The notes beneath the pieces were generated by a model. It ran no database searches. It worked only from the letters and a program-made list of their open reading frames with translations, and was not told where the DNA came from. Made by a program: the position numbers and the translations under genes. From Bacteroidaceae bacterium (GTDB lineage: Archaea > Methanobacteriota > Methanobacteria > Methanobacteriales > Methanobacteriaceae): DNA of 64,000 nucleotides. Position 1 is the first letter of the stretch, and the number at the start of each line of letters is the position of its first letter. This document shows positions 53,961 through 63,979 of the stretch, one piece after another. The stretch is taken from assembly GCA_963606955.1 (NCBI GenBank), contig CAVDAS010000001.1:31871-95870 (forward strand). The letters run 5' to 3'.

Positions 53961-54116
53961 ATGTTAAAAATATGTCCGAGATGTGGAGAGGAAGTTCCAG
54001 AAGAATACAGTCTATGTCCTTATTGTGGAAGTGGAGTGGGGTATGCTGAATACACAGATGACTATGAATCAAATGATGATGTAGATTATGAAACTTATAC
54101 TGGCTATAATGATTAA
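53961..54116 (+). CDS. Small zinc-ribbon protein with a Tyr/Asp/Glu-rich tail
   Basis: Not in the ORF track (51 aa): MLKICPRCGEEVPEEYSLCPYCGSGVGYAEYTDDYESNDDVDYETYTGYND. It has the CPxCG...CPxCG zinc-ribbon pattern. There is no strong SD. Confidence 0.5.
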   Translation: MLKICPRCGEEVPEEYSLCPYCGSGVGYAEYTDDYESNDDVDYETYTGYND

Positions 54117-54158
54117 AAAAATTTGAAAAAAAAAGAGGTTTGAAAAGGTAATTATTAA

Positions 54159-55094
54159 TTAATCAACAATACCTTCTGTTTTAATTTTAAATACACATTC
54201 ACCTTCAGGTAAATGAGGGCTATCTACTAAACGAGCAATCCTTTTACCAGCTAATCCTTTTTTAAGCCAGATTCTATAAGTAGATGCATGTCCTAAAACA
54301 TGTCCACCAATAGCTTTAGTAGGGCTTCCAAAGAAGGAATCAGGTTTAGCTTGAACTTGGTTTGTTATGAAAACAGCTACATTATAAGTATTAGCTATTT
54401 GTTGAAGTGCATGTAAATGCTGATTTAATTTTTGCTGTCTTACAGCTAAAGATTCCCTTCCCACATATTCTGCTCTGAAATGAGCCATTAATGAATCAAC
54501 AATAACTAATTTAATATTATTACCTTGTTGAATAAGTTCATTGATTTTCTCAGCCATTAAGATTTGGTGAGAAGAATTGAATGCACGAGCTACATGGATT
54601 TTTTGTAATACTTCTTCAATATCTAACTCAAATCCATTAGCTATTTGTTCAACTCTTTCTGGACGGAAAGTGTTTTCAGTATCAATAAATACACATTCAC
54701 CATCAAGTCCACCTTTTTCAGGAGGTAATTGTACAGTAACTGCTAATTCATGAGAAATTTGACTTTTACCAGATCCAAACTCTCCAAATACTTCAGTAAT
54801 TGATTGAGTTTCAATTCCACCACCAATTAAATCATTGAAACCATCACTTCCAACAGAAATGTGACCTACATCTCTCCTTCTTTCAAGAACATCATAAGCT
54901 GTTTCAAAGTCTATTTTTTCAGATTTACGGGCTGCTTCAATAACTTTTTCAGCTACACCTTCACCAATCTCTGCTTTAACAGATAATTCTTTTGGGGTTG
55001 CAGTAGCTAATCTCATCATATCTGCAAAACCTGCATCTCTTAATTTTTCTGCTGTTTTTTCACCAACACTTGGTAAATCTTCTAATTCCACCAT
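54159..55094 (-). CDS. radA: DNA repair and recombination protein RadA
   Basis: Hh[18 protein letters not shown], Walker [10 protein letters not shown] and Walker B LVIVDS. ATG 55094 (MVELEDLP) has a GAGG about 10 nt upstream; the track start is 55103. Confidence 0.93.
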   Translation of the reverse strand: MVELEDLPSVGEKTAEKLRDAGFADMMRLATATPKELSVKAEIGEGVAEKVIEAARKSEKIDFETAYDVLERRRDVGHISVGSDGFNDLIGGGIETQSITEVFGEFGSGKSQISHELAVTVQLPPEKGGLDGECVFIDTENTFRPERVEQIANGFELDIEEVLQKIHVARAFNSSHQILMAEKINELIQQGNNIKLVIVDSLMAHFRAEYVGRESLAVRQQKLNQHLHALQQIANTYNVAVFITNQVQAKPDSFFGSPTKAIGGHVLGHASTYRIWLKKGLAGKRIARLVDSPHLPEGECVFKIKTEGIVD

Positions 55095-55124
55095 AATAAT
55101 CATGCCTCATTAATTTGTTTTATT

Positions 55125-57512
55125 TTAGTAATATTTAGATAAAATTTTCTTAGGATTAAGCCTAATTTCTTCATTATAATCATCGAAACTAACATTAGTA
55201 ATAACTTCAACAGTTAAACCATTTAAATCATCTATTTTACCTTCCATAGCTCCTAATTCAGAACCATTATCAGTAATGTCAATTATTTCTTCTTTTTTCA
55301 TTTCAAGAAGCTCTTCAGCTAAGTTATCAAAGAAAGTGATTGAAATTTCACCAGTATCATCTTCAAGTCTAGCTGGAATCATTAAGAGATATCTAGGTTC
55401 ATCTATTGGTTCTCCGCAGAAATCACAAGTAAAATCATCTGCTGATTGTTCTACAGTGTTTCCACAACTAGGACATTTTGTAATTAATATTTTATTACCA
55501 AATACTTCTTTAAGAGTACCAGTTATACGAACATTCCTGTCATCATCTTCAAGAGACTCAATAGTTTTAGGAACATAAATTGATTCTTTTAATTCCTCAT
55601 AAGTTGGTAAATCATTAATTTCTGATTCATCAGGTTCAAGAATAGAAGTGGATCTTGATACATTAATTTCTAAACTATCATTTCTAAATGAAATTTGAGG
55701 GTCTTGGAATTTAATAGCATCTCCAATATTCCATTCTTTTTTAGCATTTTCATTCCATAATGTAACACTAATAGAACCAGAATTATCAGCTATTTCTAAA
55801 GTTCTAACAAATCCTTTAGTACCATCATCCCTATCAAATTCATGAACATCTTGCGCTTCAATAATCCTACCTGTAACAATAAGTCCTTCATCATCTTCTT
55901 CAACGTCAGTTATAGATTTGTGCTCATAGAGCATTTGTTCGATTGTTTTAAATGATGGAAGGAATCTGGCCTGGTTATCATCTTCAGACAATTCAATTAC
56001 ACGTGCAGAACTTCCAATATTTAATTCAACTTCATACATTCCTAATCTAATTCTTGCATTTTCAATTTTGTATGCATCACCAGGTTTGTATTCCCTTTTT
56101 GCTTGAGCATCCCAAAATGTTAAGCTAACACGACCTTCACCGTCAGAGAATTTAGCTGAACGTGCATATCCTACACTATCATCATCTCTTTGGAATTCAT
56201 TTATTTCTCCAATAGCAAAAATTCTTCCGATAACATCAACTTCAATTCCATCTTCATCAAATTCTTCAACTTCACTAAGTCTTGTAATTTGAGAAACTTT
56301 TTGTTTAATTTCATCAAATATGTCTTTTTCCTCATCAGATAGGTTTTCTGGATTTATTGAAATTTGAGTGTTGAAATTTGTGTTAAGTGAATATCCGCTA
56401 TCAGTATAATCATCAAAACGAGCGTCCGCACCAATAATTTTAACAATATCTCCTTTAGTTAATAAAATATCAGTGTCATTTCCCCATATAGTGGTTCTAA
56501 TAGACCCAGTATCATCAGTAACATCAAAATTTCTTAATTTACCTTCAGAACCATCAGATTTTCTTGTAAATGTTCTAATATCTTGTAATTTAGAAATTAC
56601 TCCTTTAATAGCTATATTACTTTGTTCCGTAATATCTCCAATTTTAGTAAATTCTTGGCTAAATTCTGGAACATCAAAGTCTCCTTTGATTATTCTGCCA
56701 TCCCAATGAGTCAATGATAATTCACCATTTCTCTCTCTTACTTGTGCACCTAATATTTTTACGGAATCCCCAGCATCTAATTCTAAATCATCAATTAAAT
56801 CAACACTTTTATTCCATAAGGTGTAAGATATTTCTCCAGTTGCATCTTTTAACTCAAGAGATGTGACTTTTCCTTCCTTCCCATCTTTTTCATAAGTTCT
56901 TGGAGTTGGAATTCTTATGATTCTAGCAATGAGATTTGCTTTGGTATCAGGAATAAGATCTTCAATATCAGTTATATTTTCATCATATTCAGGGAATTTT
57001 GATAAATCTGCTTCTTTAAATTGAGTTATAGTGGATCTAGGTCTTAAATTAGCTTCATTGTCTCCCCTATAACCTTCTTTTATATCAACCTCAGTAATTT
57101 TAACAATGTCTCCTTCTTTTAAATTTTTAAGAAGTTTAATGTTTTCAGTCCATAATGTAACTCTGATTTTACCGGTTTTATCCTCTAATTCCATATTACA
57201 GAGTTTTCCAGATTTACCTTTACGAGTTTTGAAAGATTTTGGATTTGAGATGCTGCTAATCATTCCAACAATAGCACTTTGAGATCCAGGTTCCAAATCA
57301 GCAATATCTAAAATTTCATCACTATTAGATATATGATCTTCGTTACCATTAGTACCAATTAAATTGTTTACAACTTGTTCAGCAGCAGCATGTTCATCAA
57401 AAAACTTTAAATCTTCATTTGCTTTATAAATTTCGTCTACTCGTTCTTGAAATTCTTCCATAGTCAATTTATCTTTGACTTTTTCATACAGTTCTAAAAT
57501 TTCATTATCCAT
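55125..57512 (-). CDS. rpa: Replication protein A (RPA), multi-OB-fold with zinc finger
   Basis: 795 aa. Five tandem OB-fold units share the pattern G(K/S)xGKxxxxxxxDxTGxIxxTLW, followed by CPSCG...CDFCG and a sixth OB-like unit. Confidence 0.88.
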   Translation of the reverse strand: MDNEILELYEKVKDKLTMEEFQERVDEIYKANEDLKFFDEHAAAEQVVNNLIGTNGNEDHISNSDEILDIADLEPGSQSAIVGMISSISNPKSFKTRKGKSGKLCNMELEDKTGKIRVTLWTENIKLLKNLKEGDIVKITEVDIKEGYRGDNEANLRPRSTITQFKEADLSKFPEYDENITDIEDLIPDTKANLIARIIRIPTPRTYEKDGKEGKVTSLELKDATGEISYTLWNKSVDLIDDLELDAGDSVKILGAQVRERNGELSLTHWDGRIIKGDFDVPEFSQEFTKIGDITEQSNIAIKGVISKLQDIRTFTRKSDGSEGKLRNFDVTDDTGSIRTTIWGNDTDILLTKGDIVKIIGADARFDDYTDSGYSLNTNFNTQISINPENLSDEEKDIFDEIKQKVSQITRLSEVEEFDEDGIEVDVIGRIFAIGEINEFQRDDDSVGYARSAKFSDGEGRVSLTFWDAQAKREYKPGDAYKIENARIRLGMYEVELNIGSSARVIELSEDDNQARFLPSFKTIEQMLYEHKSITDVEEDDEGLIVTGRIIEAQDVHEFDRDDGTKGFVRTLEIADNSGSISVTLWNENAKKEWNIGDAIKFQDPQISFRNDSLEINVSRSTSILEPDESEINDLPTYEELKESIYVPKTIESLEDDDRNVRITGTLKEVFGNKILITKCPSCGNTVEQSADDFTCDFCGEPIDEPRYLLMIPARLEDDTGEISITFFDNLAEELLEMKKEEIIDITDNGSELGAMEGKIDDLNGLTVEVITNVSFDDYNEEIRLNPKKILSKYY

Positions 57513-57665
57513 ACCAAACCCCTCGTTTGAAAGTTAATTATTATTTTAAATTAAAATGTATATAAACTATTAGAGACAGCATTTGAAAAGTAATTTTTAA
57601 AATAATTATTAAAAAAATAGAATATAAATCTTAAGTAACTACACAAATGCACAATTGTGAAAAAA

Positions 57666-59069
57666 CTAATATGCATTAGAATTTTTCTTTACAACAGTTT
57701 TAATCATTATAGCTAAGTCTAAACCCATATGCCAGTTTTCTACATACTCAATATCAAATTCTATACGTTTTGTAATAGAAGTGTTACCACGACACCCATG
57801 AATTTGAGCCCATCCAGTTAATCCAGGTTTAACTTGATGTTTAACCATATATTTTGGAATTTGTTTTTTAAATTCATCAACAAAATATGGTCTCTCAGGT
57901 CTAGGACCAACAACACTCATATCTCCTTTTAAAACATTAAAAAATTGAGGTAACTCATCAATACTAGTTTTTCTAATAAAATTACCTATTTTAGTTTTTC
58001 TTGGATCATCTTTTGTTGTCCATTCTGTTTTTTCATCATTTGGATTTTGAACCTTCATACTTCTAAACTTATACATCATGAATGGTTTTCCATGATACCC
58101 AATTCGCTCTTGTTTAAATATAATCGGGCCTTTGGAAGTTAATTTAATAACTATTGCAGTAATTATCATTATTGGAGACGTAATTACAATAGCTATAATT
58201 GAGATTATATAATCAGACAACAACTTTAAAAATTTATTAAATGCATCATCTAATGGAACATAACGAATGTTTATAATTGGAATATCTTCAATCATATCTA
58301 CTGATGGCTGTGCCGGAAAATACCTCATATAATCTGGAATAATCTCTGCTTTAATTCCTACTTTTTCACAGCTTTCTACAAGCTCATCTATTTTATAATA
58401 GTATTTTAATGGAATAGCTAATACTACTCTATCAAAACTATTTTTTTCAAGAATCTTATCTAAATCTTTAAAAGAACCTATTATTTTACTTCCTTCAATT
58501 TCTAAACCTACATGATTTCTTTTACCTAAAAATCCGCTAATAACAAAACCCAAATAGGAATTATTTCTAATTTTACGAGCAAAAGTAAAAGCTAAGTCAT
58601 TATCTCCAACAACAAGAATATGTTTTAAATTCTTATTATTAGATCTAAGATTTTTTAAAAAGCTTCTAACAACAAACCTTTCAGTTATTCCAAAAACAGT
58701 AGCTATAATAGCTAAAAGGAATAGCATAATCCTTGAGAAATCAGGTTCATTAACAATAAATAAAATAGCTACTAATACAAAGAATGCAACAATATTAACT
58801 TTAATAAGTTGAGTTGCTTCTGAAAATATTGTTTTATGAGTTCTATATGGCTTATAAAGACCAAAAGAAAAGTATAATATCAGATATGTTGGTATTACAG
58901 CAAATGTTAAAAAAATAACATAGCTTTGTAAACTTAAATGACCTCCAATTGGGCCAAACAAAGTAGTTTTAAAACGTAACCACAATGCGCAGAAAAGAGC
59001 TATAGTTACAACTAATGCATCTACTAACACCATAACTACATTTAATACTCTTTGATTCTGCTTAATCAT
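57666..59069 (-). CDS. Polyprenyl-phosphate hexose-1-phosphate transferase (WbaP/PglC-type bacterial sugar transferase, PF02397)
   Basis: 467 aa with 4-5 N-terminal TM helices. C-terminal hallmarks are YKFRSM, SIDELPQFFNVLKGDMSVVGPRPERP and GLTGWAQ. Confidence 0.85.
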   Translation of the reverse strand: MIKQNQRVLNVVMVLVDALVVTIALFCALWLRFKTTLFGPIGGHLSLQSYVIFLTFAVIPTYLILYFSFGLYKPYRTHKTIFSEATQLIKVNIVAFFVLVAILFIVNEPDFSRIMLFLLAIIATVFGITERFVVRSFLKNLRSNNKNLKHILVVGDNDLAFTFARKIRNNSYLGFVISGFLGKRNHVGLEIEGSKIIGSFKDLDKILEKNSFDRVVLAIPLKYYYKIDELVESCEKVGIKAEIIPDYMRYFPAQPSVDMIEDIPIINIRYVPLDDAFNKFLKLLSDYIISIIAIVITSPIMIITAIVIKLTSKGPIIFKQERIGYHGKPFMMYKFRSMKVQNPNDEKTEWTTKDDPRKTKIGNFIRKTSIDELPQFFNVLKGDMSVVGPRPERPYFVDEFKKQIPKYMVKHQVKPGLTGWAQIHGCRGNTSITKRIEFDIEYVENWHMGLDLAIMIKTVVKKNSNAY

Positions 59070-59117
59070 TTTATCACAAAAATAGATTTAAGTATATTTT
59101 TGAATTTCTTATAATAT

Positions 59118-59975
59118 TTAATTTTTCTTTTTAAAGAAATTAAGAATCAATTTTAAAATGCATAAACAAGCCATTCCAAAATAAACAATCAAATTAACAA
59201 TAAATGAAGTACTATTTGCATGATGTTTTTTATAATAAATATACATTGCCCTATAAAACTCATATATTAATTTAGATTTCTGTTTTTTACTACTGGCTCC
59301 TTTAAAATGAGTTATTTTATTCCTACCAAAGTACATTATCTTCCAATGGTCCTGTTTAATCCTATAACATAAGTCAATATCTTCACCATACATGAAAAAT
59401 GTTTCATCCAGTAATCCTATAGAATTTAGACATTTTTGACGAATAAACATAAATGCCCCAGTTAAGCAGTCAATTTCATAAATTCCATCATCAGGCAGAT
59501 TATCTAAATTGTAATTATCATTTTTACTTTTTGTTGGAATGTGAAATAACCTATAAAATGAGTTTTTAATATTTGGAAAAGACCTTTTACATGCCTTATC
59601 TAGCTCCCCATTAGCTAAAAGAACCCTACATCCACATGCACCAACAAAAGGATTATTTTCCATGAAATTATAAATATCTTCTAAAGTATTTTCCCAAACA
59701 ACAGTATCAGAATTTAATAAAAGAACATATTTTCCACTAGCTATCTTTAAACCCTGATTATTACCTGCTGCAAATCCATTATTTTCTTTTGAAGCTATAA
59801 ATTTAACAGAATCTTTAAAATAATCTTTTAAATTATCTAAACTGTCATCTCTAGATGCATTATCAACTACTATGATTTCATAGCTAAAAGGATACTTATA
59901 TTTCAATATAGAGTTTATAGTATTCCTTGTTAGGTCAAATGTTTGATAATTTACAATTACAACTGAAAGATCCAT
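59118..59975 (-). CDS. Family 2 glycosyltransferase (WbbL/rhamnosyltransferase-like)
   Basis: Motifs LSVVIVNYQT, VVDNASRDDS and LLNSDT (DxD-type). It has a C-terminal TM helix. ATG is at 59975; the track start 59984 is TTG. Confidence 0.8.
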   Translation of the reverse strand: MDLSVVIVNYQTFDLTRNTINSILKYKYPFSYEIIVVDNASRDDSLDNLKDYFKDSVKFIASKENNGFAAGNNQGLKIASGKYVLLLNSDTVVWENTLEDIYNFMENNPFVGACGCRVLLANGELDKACKRSFPNIKNSFYRLFHIPTKSKNDNYNLDNLPDDGIYEIDCLTGAFMFIRQKCLNSIGLLDETFFMYGEDIDLCYRIKQDHWKIMYFGRNKITHFKGASSKKQKSKLIYEFYRAMYIYYKKHHANSTSFIVNLIVYFGMACLCILKLILNFFKKKN

Positions 59976-59990
59976 AATTCTCAACTGGTT

Positions 59991-60956
59991 TTATTTTTTT
60001 AAAAATTTAAATGCATTAACAATTAATTTCCATTCTATTTTAAAATAGTTTTTAGTGTTTTTCTTAGTGAATTTAACTTTATTTATTTTATTTCTTGTTT
60101 TTAAACCTTCTTTAAGTCCTTCCAGGTATGTTTTTCCAAATCCTTTTTTAACAAAAAATAAATATTTAATTAAAAAGCCTAAAAAGAGGAATATAAAGTT
60201 TAAAATCTTTTGAGGAATCGGAAGGTTTTTATAAACTACCCATACATTGTTTCTAGCAGCTAGTTTAACTTTAAATTCATTATATCTGCTTCCACTTGTT
60301 GCACTTCCAATATGATATACAACAGATTCCGGGCAAAACAGGTTTTTATATCCATTAATTTTTGCTCTGTAGCTTAAATCAACATCTTCCATATATGCAA
60401 AAAAATTTTCATCAAAAAGCCCTATTTTATCTAAAATAGCCTTATTATACATAGCTGCTCCAGCACAACTGGAAAATATTTCATATACTCTGTTATAATT
60501 TTCCGCAGGCTGATTTTCACCTGTTTTTTTAGTCCAGGCAAGTATATTATATTCATCTCCAGCATCATCTATTAAATTTTTATTGTCAAATTGAAGCATT
60601 TTAGAAGCAACTGAAAAAATATTATCATCTGAAGAGATTAAATCAATTAACGGAGCAATTGAGTGCTTTTTAACTTCCGCATCATTATTTAATGAAAATA
60701 TATATGGAAAAGAAGACTTTAAAATACCCTGATTTACTGCCTTTGCAAATCCTAAATTTTCAGTGTTTTTAATTATAATAACTGGAAAATCTAAATTTTT
60801 TGAGTAATTTTCTATAAACTCAATACTTCCATCAGTTGATCCGTTATCTACTAAAATAACTTCACCTACAGACTCTTTATTATTATTTAAAGAATCAAAG
60901 TACGTTTTTAGAAATTTTTTCCCATTATAATTTGGTGTTACTACAGAAGCTTTCAT
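59991..60956 (-). CDS. Family 2 glycosyltransferase
   Basis: Motifs ASVVTPNYNG, LVDNGSTDGS and YMEDVDLSYR. It has a C-terminal hydrophobic helix. Confidence 0.8.
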   Translation of the reverse strand: MKASVVTPNYNGKKFLKTYFDSLNNNKESVGEVILVDNGSTDGSIEFIENYSKNLDFPVIIIKNTENLGFAKAVNQGILKSSFPYIFSLNNDAEVKKHSIAPLIDLISSDDNIFSVASKMLQFDNKNLIDDAGDEYNILAWTKKTGENQPAENYNRVYEIFSSCAGAAMYNKAILDKIGLFDENFFAYMEDVDLSYRAKINGYKNLFCPESVVYHIGSATSGSRYNEFKVKLAARNNVWVVYKNLPIPQKILNFIFLFLGFLIKYLFFVKKGFGKTYLEGLKEGLKTRNKINKVKFTKKNTKNYFKIEWKLIVNAFKFLKK

Positions 60957-60961
60957 AATAA

Positions 60962-61924
60962 TCAGATTGTATTTTTAAATTTTTTCCACATTCTATAATA
61001 TAATTTTGGATTTAATAAAAATAGCTTTATTTTAAGCTTAAATTTAAAATCCCCTTTAAACATAGATAATTTTGAAAATAAATCCAAATCCCCCATTTTA
61101 GAGATTACTTCATTAAAATCATAATTATGATAAAAGAAATAATTCATATTTCCAAAAATAGCTCTAGGAATTCTACTTGTAATTACTAAATTAGCTAATT
61201 CTTCCTGATTATTATTTTTATAAAACTCAGCGAGATTTTCCAAAGTTTCAATAAAATTAAATCTCTTAAGACCTGCCTTACTTACAGTTGAATCATCTCT
61301 TTGAATGTAGAGATAAGTTATTTCTTCCCCAACACTTACATTTTCCCCATAACTTAATGCTTTAAGAGCAAACTGTGTATCTTCACCATAAACAGCTTTT
61401 GGATCGAATTCCAAGTTGTTATTTATAATTAAATCCCTTTTGTAACTTAACTGACAAAAACTAAACTCCGGAATTATCATTTGAAGTTCCATTTTAATTA
61501 AATCTTTTGCAGGTATTGGAATTTCCGGATAATTAATTGATTTAACTGTTGATTTTGAACCTTTTTTTGCCATTTGAGTTAAGCTGAAATCTGTTTTGGG
61601 ATTATACAACTCAGATAAATGATTTGTTAAGATATAATCATCACTATCAACAAATACTAAATAATCTCCTCTTGCAACTTCAATTCCATGATTTCTAGCT
61701 ATACTTGCTCCGGAATTTCTTTGATGAAGCAGTTTATAGGCAATATCTGCCTTACTTAATAATTCGTAAGCTATATCTAAGCTATTATCTGTTGATCCGT
61801 CATCTATGACAATTATTTCATAATTTTCACTAAAATCCTGATTAATTATTGAAGATATGGAAGTTCTAATATATTGTGCTCCATTATAGACTGGAACAAT
61901 TACACTTACTTTAATATTATCCAT
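60962..61924 (-). CDS. Family 2 glycosyltransferase
   Basis: Motifs VSVIVPVYNG, VIDDGSTDNS and FVDSDDY. ATG 61924 is preceded by AGGTGG and overlaps the upstream stop by 8 nt; the track start is 61939. Confidence 0.8.
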   Translation of the reverse strand: MDNIKVSVIVPVYNGAQYIRTSISSIINQDFSENYEIIVIDDGSTDNSLDIAYELLSKADIAYKLLHQRNSGASIARNHGIEVARGDYLVFVDSDDYILTNHLSELYNPKTDFSLTQMAKKGSKSTVKSINYPEIPIPAKDLIKMELQMIIPEFSFCQLSYKRDLIINNNLEFDPKAVYGEDTQFALKALSYGENVSVGEEITYLYIQRDDSTVSKAGLKRFNFIETLENLAEFYKNNNQEELANLVITSRIPRAIFGNMNYFFYHNYDFNEVISKMGDLDLFSKLSMFKGDFKFKLKIKLFLLNPKLYYRMWKKFKNTI

Positions 61925-63011
61925 TTTCCCCACCTTCATTTAATAAGAAATCAGCTACCCTTTTAGATGCCGCACCATCAATTGAATTAAACTGGGTTTT
62001 TCTAAACTCAGAAATTTTACTTTGATTAAAATCATTATTTTTAATTTTAGCTATTAACTCCTCAGTTGTATAAACAATTGGTCCAGGAACATTTTTTTTA
62101 AAATCAAAGTAAAATCCCCTATCATTAGCTATGTATGTATCATAATCATAAGTAAAAAATATTATTGGCTTATCTAATAAGCAAAACTCAATCATTATTG
62201 ATGAATAATCACTTATTAAGATATCAGATATTAATAACAGCTCCTGTTCGTTTTTAAAATCACTGCAATCAATATAATTTTGATTAGCTTCAATTTTATC
62301 TTTAAAAAACTTTTTAATTTTAGGATGAAGTCTTAAAAGCAAAATATACTCATCACCTAACTCTTTATTAAATTCATCCAAATCCAAAAAGTCAAAAACA
62401 TTATTATCCTCAGGATTATCCCTAAATGTAGGTGCATAAAGTACTATTTTTTTATTTTTAGCTAATGGATATCTGGAATCAAAATTAGCTCTTATATTTT
62501 TTAAATCATGATTTTCAAAATAATAATCTGCTCGTGGAAGACCTAAAGCTTTAATTTTAGAGTTGTCTATCTGAAAAGCCTCAGCGTAATAATCTTTAAT
62601 ATTATCTGATGATGTGATTAAATAATCAATATTTTGACTAATTTTACTAAGCATACCCTTAGACTCAGTATCGCTTGATGCTCCAAACTTTTTAAAAGCA
62701 CCTGGAGCATGCCATAGCTGAACTACTTTTGTATCTTTTTTAAAATTCATAAAAGCTAATGGAAAGAAGTTATCATTTAAAAATACATATTTAGAAGTAG
62801 CCAGGTTTTTAAAATTAGAAAAGGATAATTTGTCTTTATAAAAAAAGTTAAATTGAAAATCTCCCCTTTTTTCAAATTCCTTTTTAATATAGTCTAAATT
62901 TCCCTTAAATGATTCATTAGAATCTATAATAAAAGATATTTGCTTATTGTTAATTGGAAACTTTGTAAATAAATTAAAAAATTTTCCATAAATTTTATGC
63001 TTAAAATACAT
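61917..63011 (-). CDS. CDP-glycerol glycerophosphotransferase family protein (TagF/TagB-like)
   Basis: 364 aa. VQLWHAPGAFKKFG, YAPTFRDN and LRLHPK motifs are typical of PF04464. Confidence 0.78.
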   Translation of the reverse strand: MYFKHKIYGKFFNLFTKFPINNKQISFIIDSNESFKGNLDYIKKEFEKRGDFQFNFFYKDKLSFSNFKNLATSKYVFLNDNFFPLAFMNFKKDTKVVQLWHAPGAFKKFGASSDTESKGMLSKISQNIDYLITSSDNIKDYYAEAFQIDNSKIKALGLPRADYYFENHDLKNIRANFDSRYPLAKNKKIVLYAPTFRDNPEDNNVFDFLDLDEFNKELGDEYILLLRLHPKIKKFFKDKIEANQNYIDCSDFKNEQELLLISDILISDYSSIMIEFCLLDKPIIFFTYDYDTYIANDRGFYFDFKKNVPGPIVYTTEELIAKIKNNDFNQSKISEFRKTQFNSIDGAASKRVADFLLNEGGENG

Positions 63012-63013
63012 AC

Positions 63014-63979
63014 TTATACAAGCTCTAAATCTTTAAGTTCGTCTTCAGATGCTTTTTTAGCTGCTTCAATATAAGCATCACAAACATAATCAACATCCCC
63101 ATCCATTACAAGCTTACCTTTATCTAACCAAATAGCTCTTGTACATAACTCCCTTATTTTAGCTGTAGAATGAGATACTAAAAGAACTGTAACACCAGAA
63201 CCCATCATTGATTTAAGTTTGTCTCCACTTTTCTTTTGGAATTTTACATCTCCAACAGAGAGGATTTCATCTAAAATTAATATATCTGGCTCAACAACAG
63301 TAGCTACTGAAAAACCAAGTTTAGCATTCATACCAGAGGAATAATTTTTAATTGGAATTTCCATAAAGTCTCCAAGTTCTGAAAATTCAACAATTTCATC
63401 GTATTTACTTAATAAAAACTCTTTAGAATAACCAAGTATTGCCCCATTTAAAAATACGTTCTCTCTTCCACTGTAATTATGGTCAAAACCTGCTCCAAGC
63501 TCTAATAGCGGAGCTATTTTTCCATTTGTATAAATACTTCCTACAGTAGGTTTAAATACACCAGATAAGACTTTTAAAAGAGTACTTTTACCTGCACCAT
63601 TAAAACCTATAATTCCAACCCTTTCACCTTTGTTAATAGTAAAAGACAAATTATTAAGTGCTTTAAAGTTTGTTTTAGGTTTAAGATCCCTTTTAATCCA
63701 TTTAATACAATATTCTTTTAAATTATCCACTTTTTCCTGAGGCATTTCAAATTCCATTGAAACATTATTAACTTCAATAGCTACATCCTGATTTAATCTT
63801 TGATAATCTTCATCATCACTTAATTCAGAACTCCACACATTAGTAGTTTCATCAAATTTGTTTGTTGGACTGTCAAAGCCTTTAGGATGAACTTTAACAT
63901 AGAAATTAGGAGTTACTCCAAAGTTTTCACTAAATGCATTAATTGATTTAAGTCCTTCCACCTTACATTTAAGAACCAT
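63014..63979 (-). CDS. Polysaccharide/polyol-phosphate ABC exporter ATP-binding protein (TagH/Wzt-like)
   Basis: Walker A GFNGAGKSTLLK, signature YSSGMNAKL and Walker B ILILDEILSVGD. About 65 aa of unusual N-terminal sequence precede the ABC core. The frame stays open to the window edge, so the start is uncertain. Confidence 0.8.
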   Translation of the reverse strand: MVLKCKVEGLKSINAFSENFGVTPNFYVKVHPKGFDSPTNKFDETTNVWSSELSDDEDYQRLNQDVAIEVNNVSMEFEMPQEKVDNLKEYCIKWIKRDLKPKTNFKALNNLSFTINKGERVGIIGFNGAGKSTLLKVLSGVFKPTVGSIYTNGKIAPLLELGAGFDHNYSGRENVFLNGAILGYSKEFLLSKYDEIVEFSELGDFMEIPIKNYSSGMNAKLGFSVATVVEPDILILDEILSVGDVKFQKKSGDKLKSMMGSGVTVLLVSHSTAKIRELCTRAIWLDKGKLVMDGDVDYVCDAYIEAAKKASEDELKDLELV

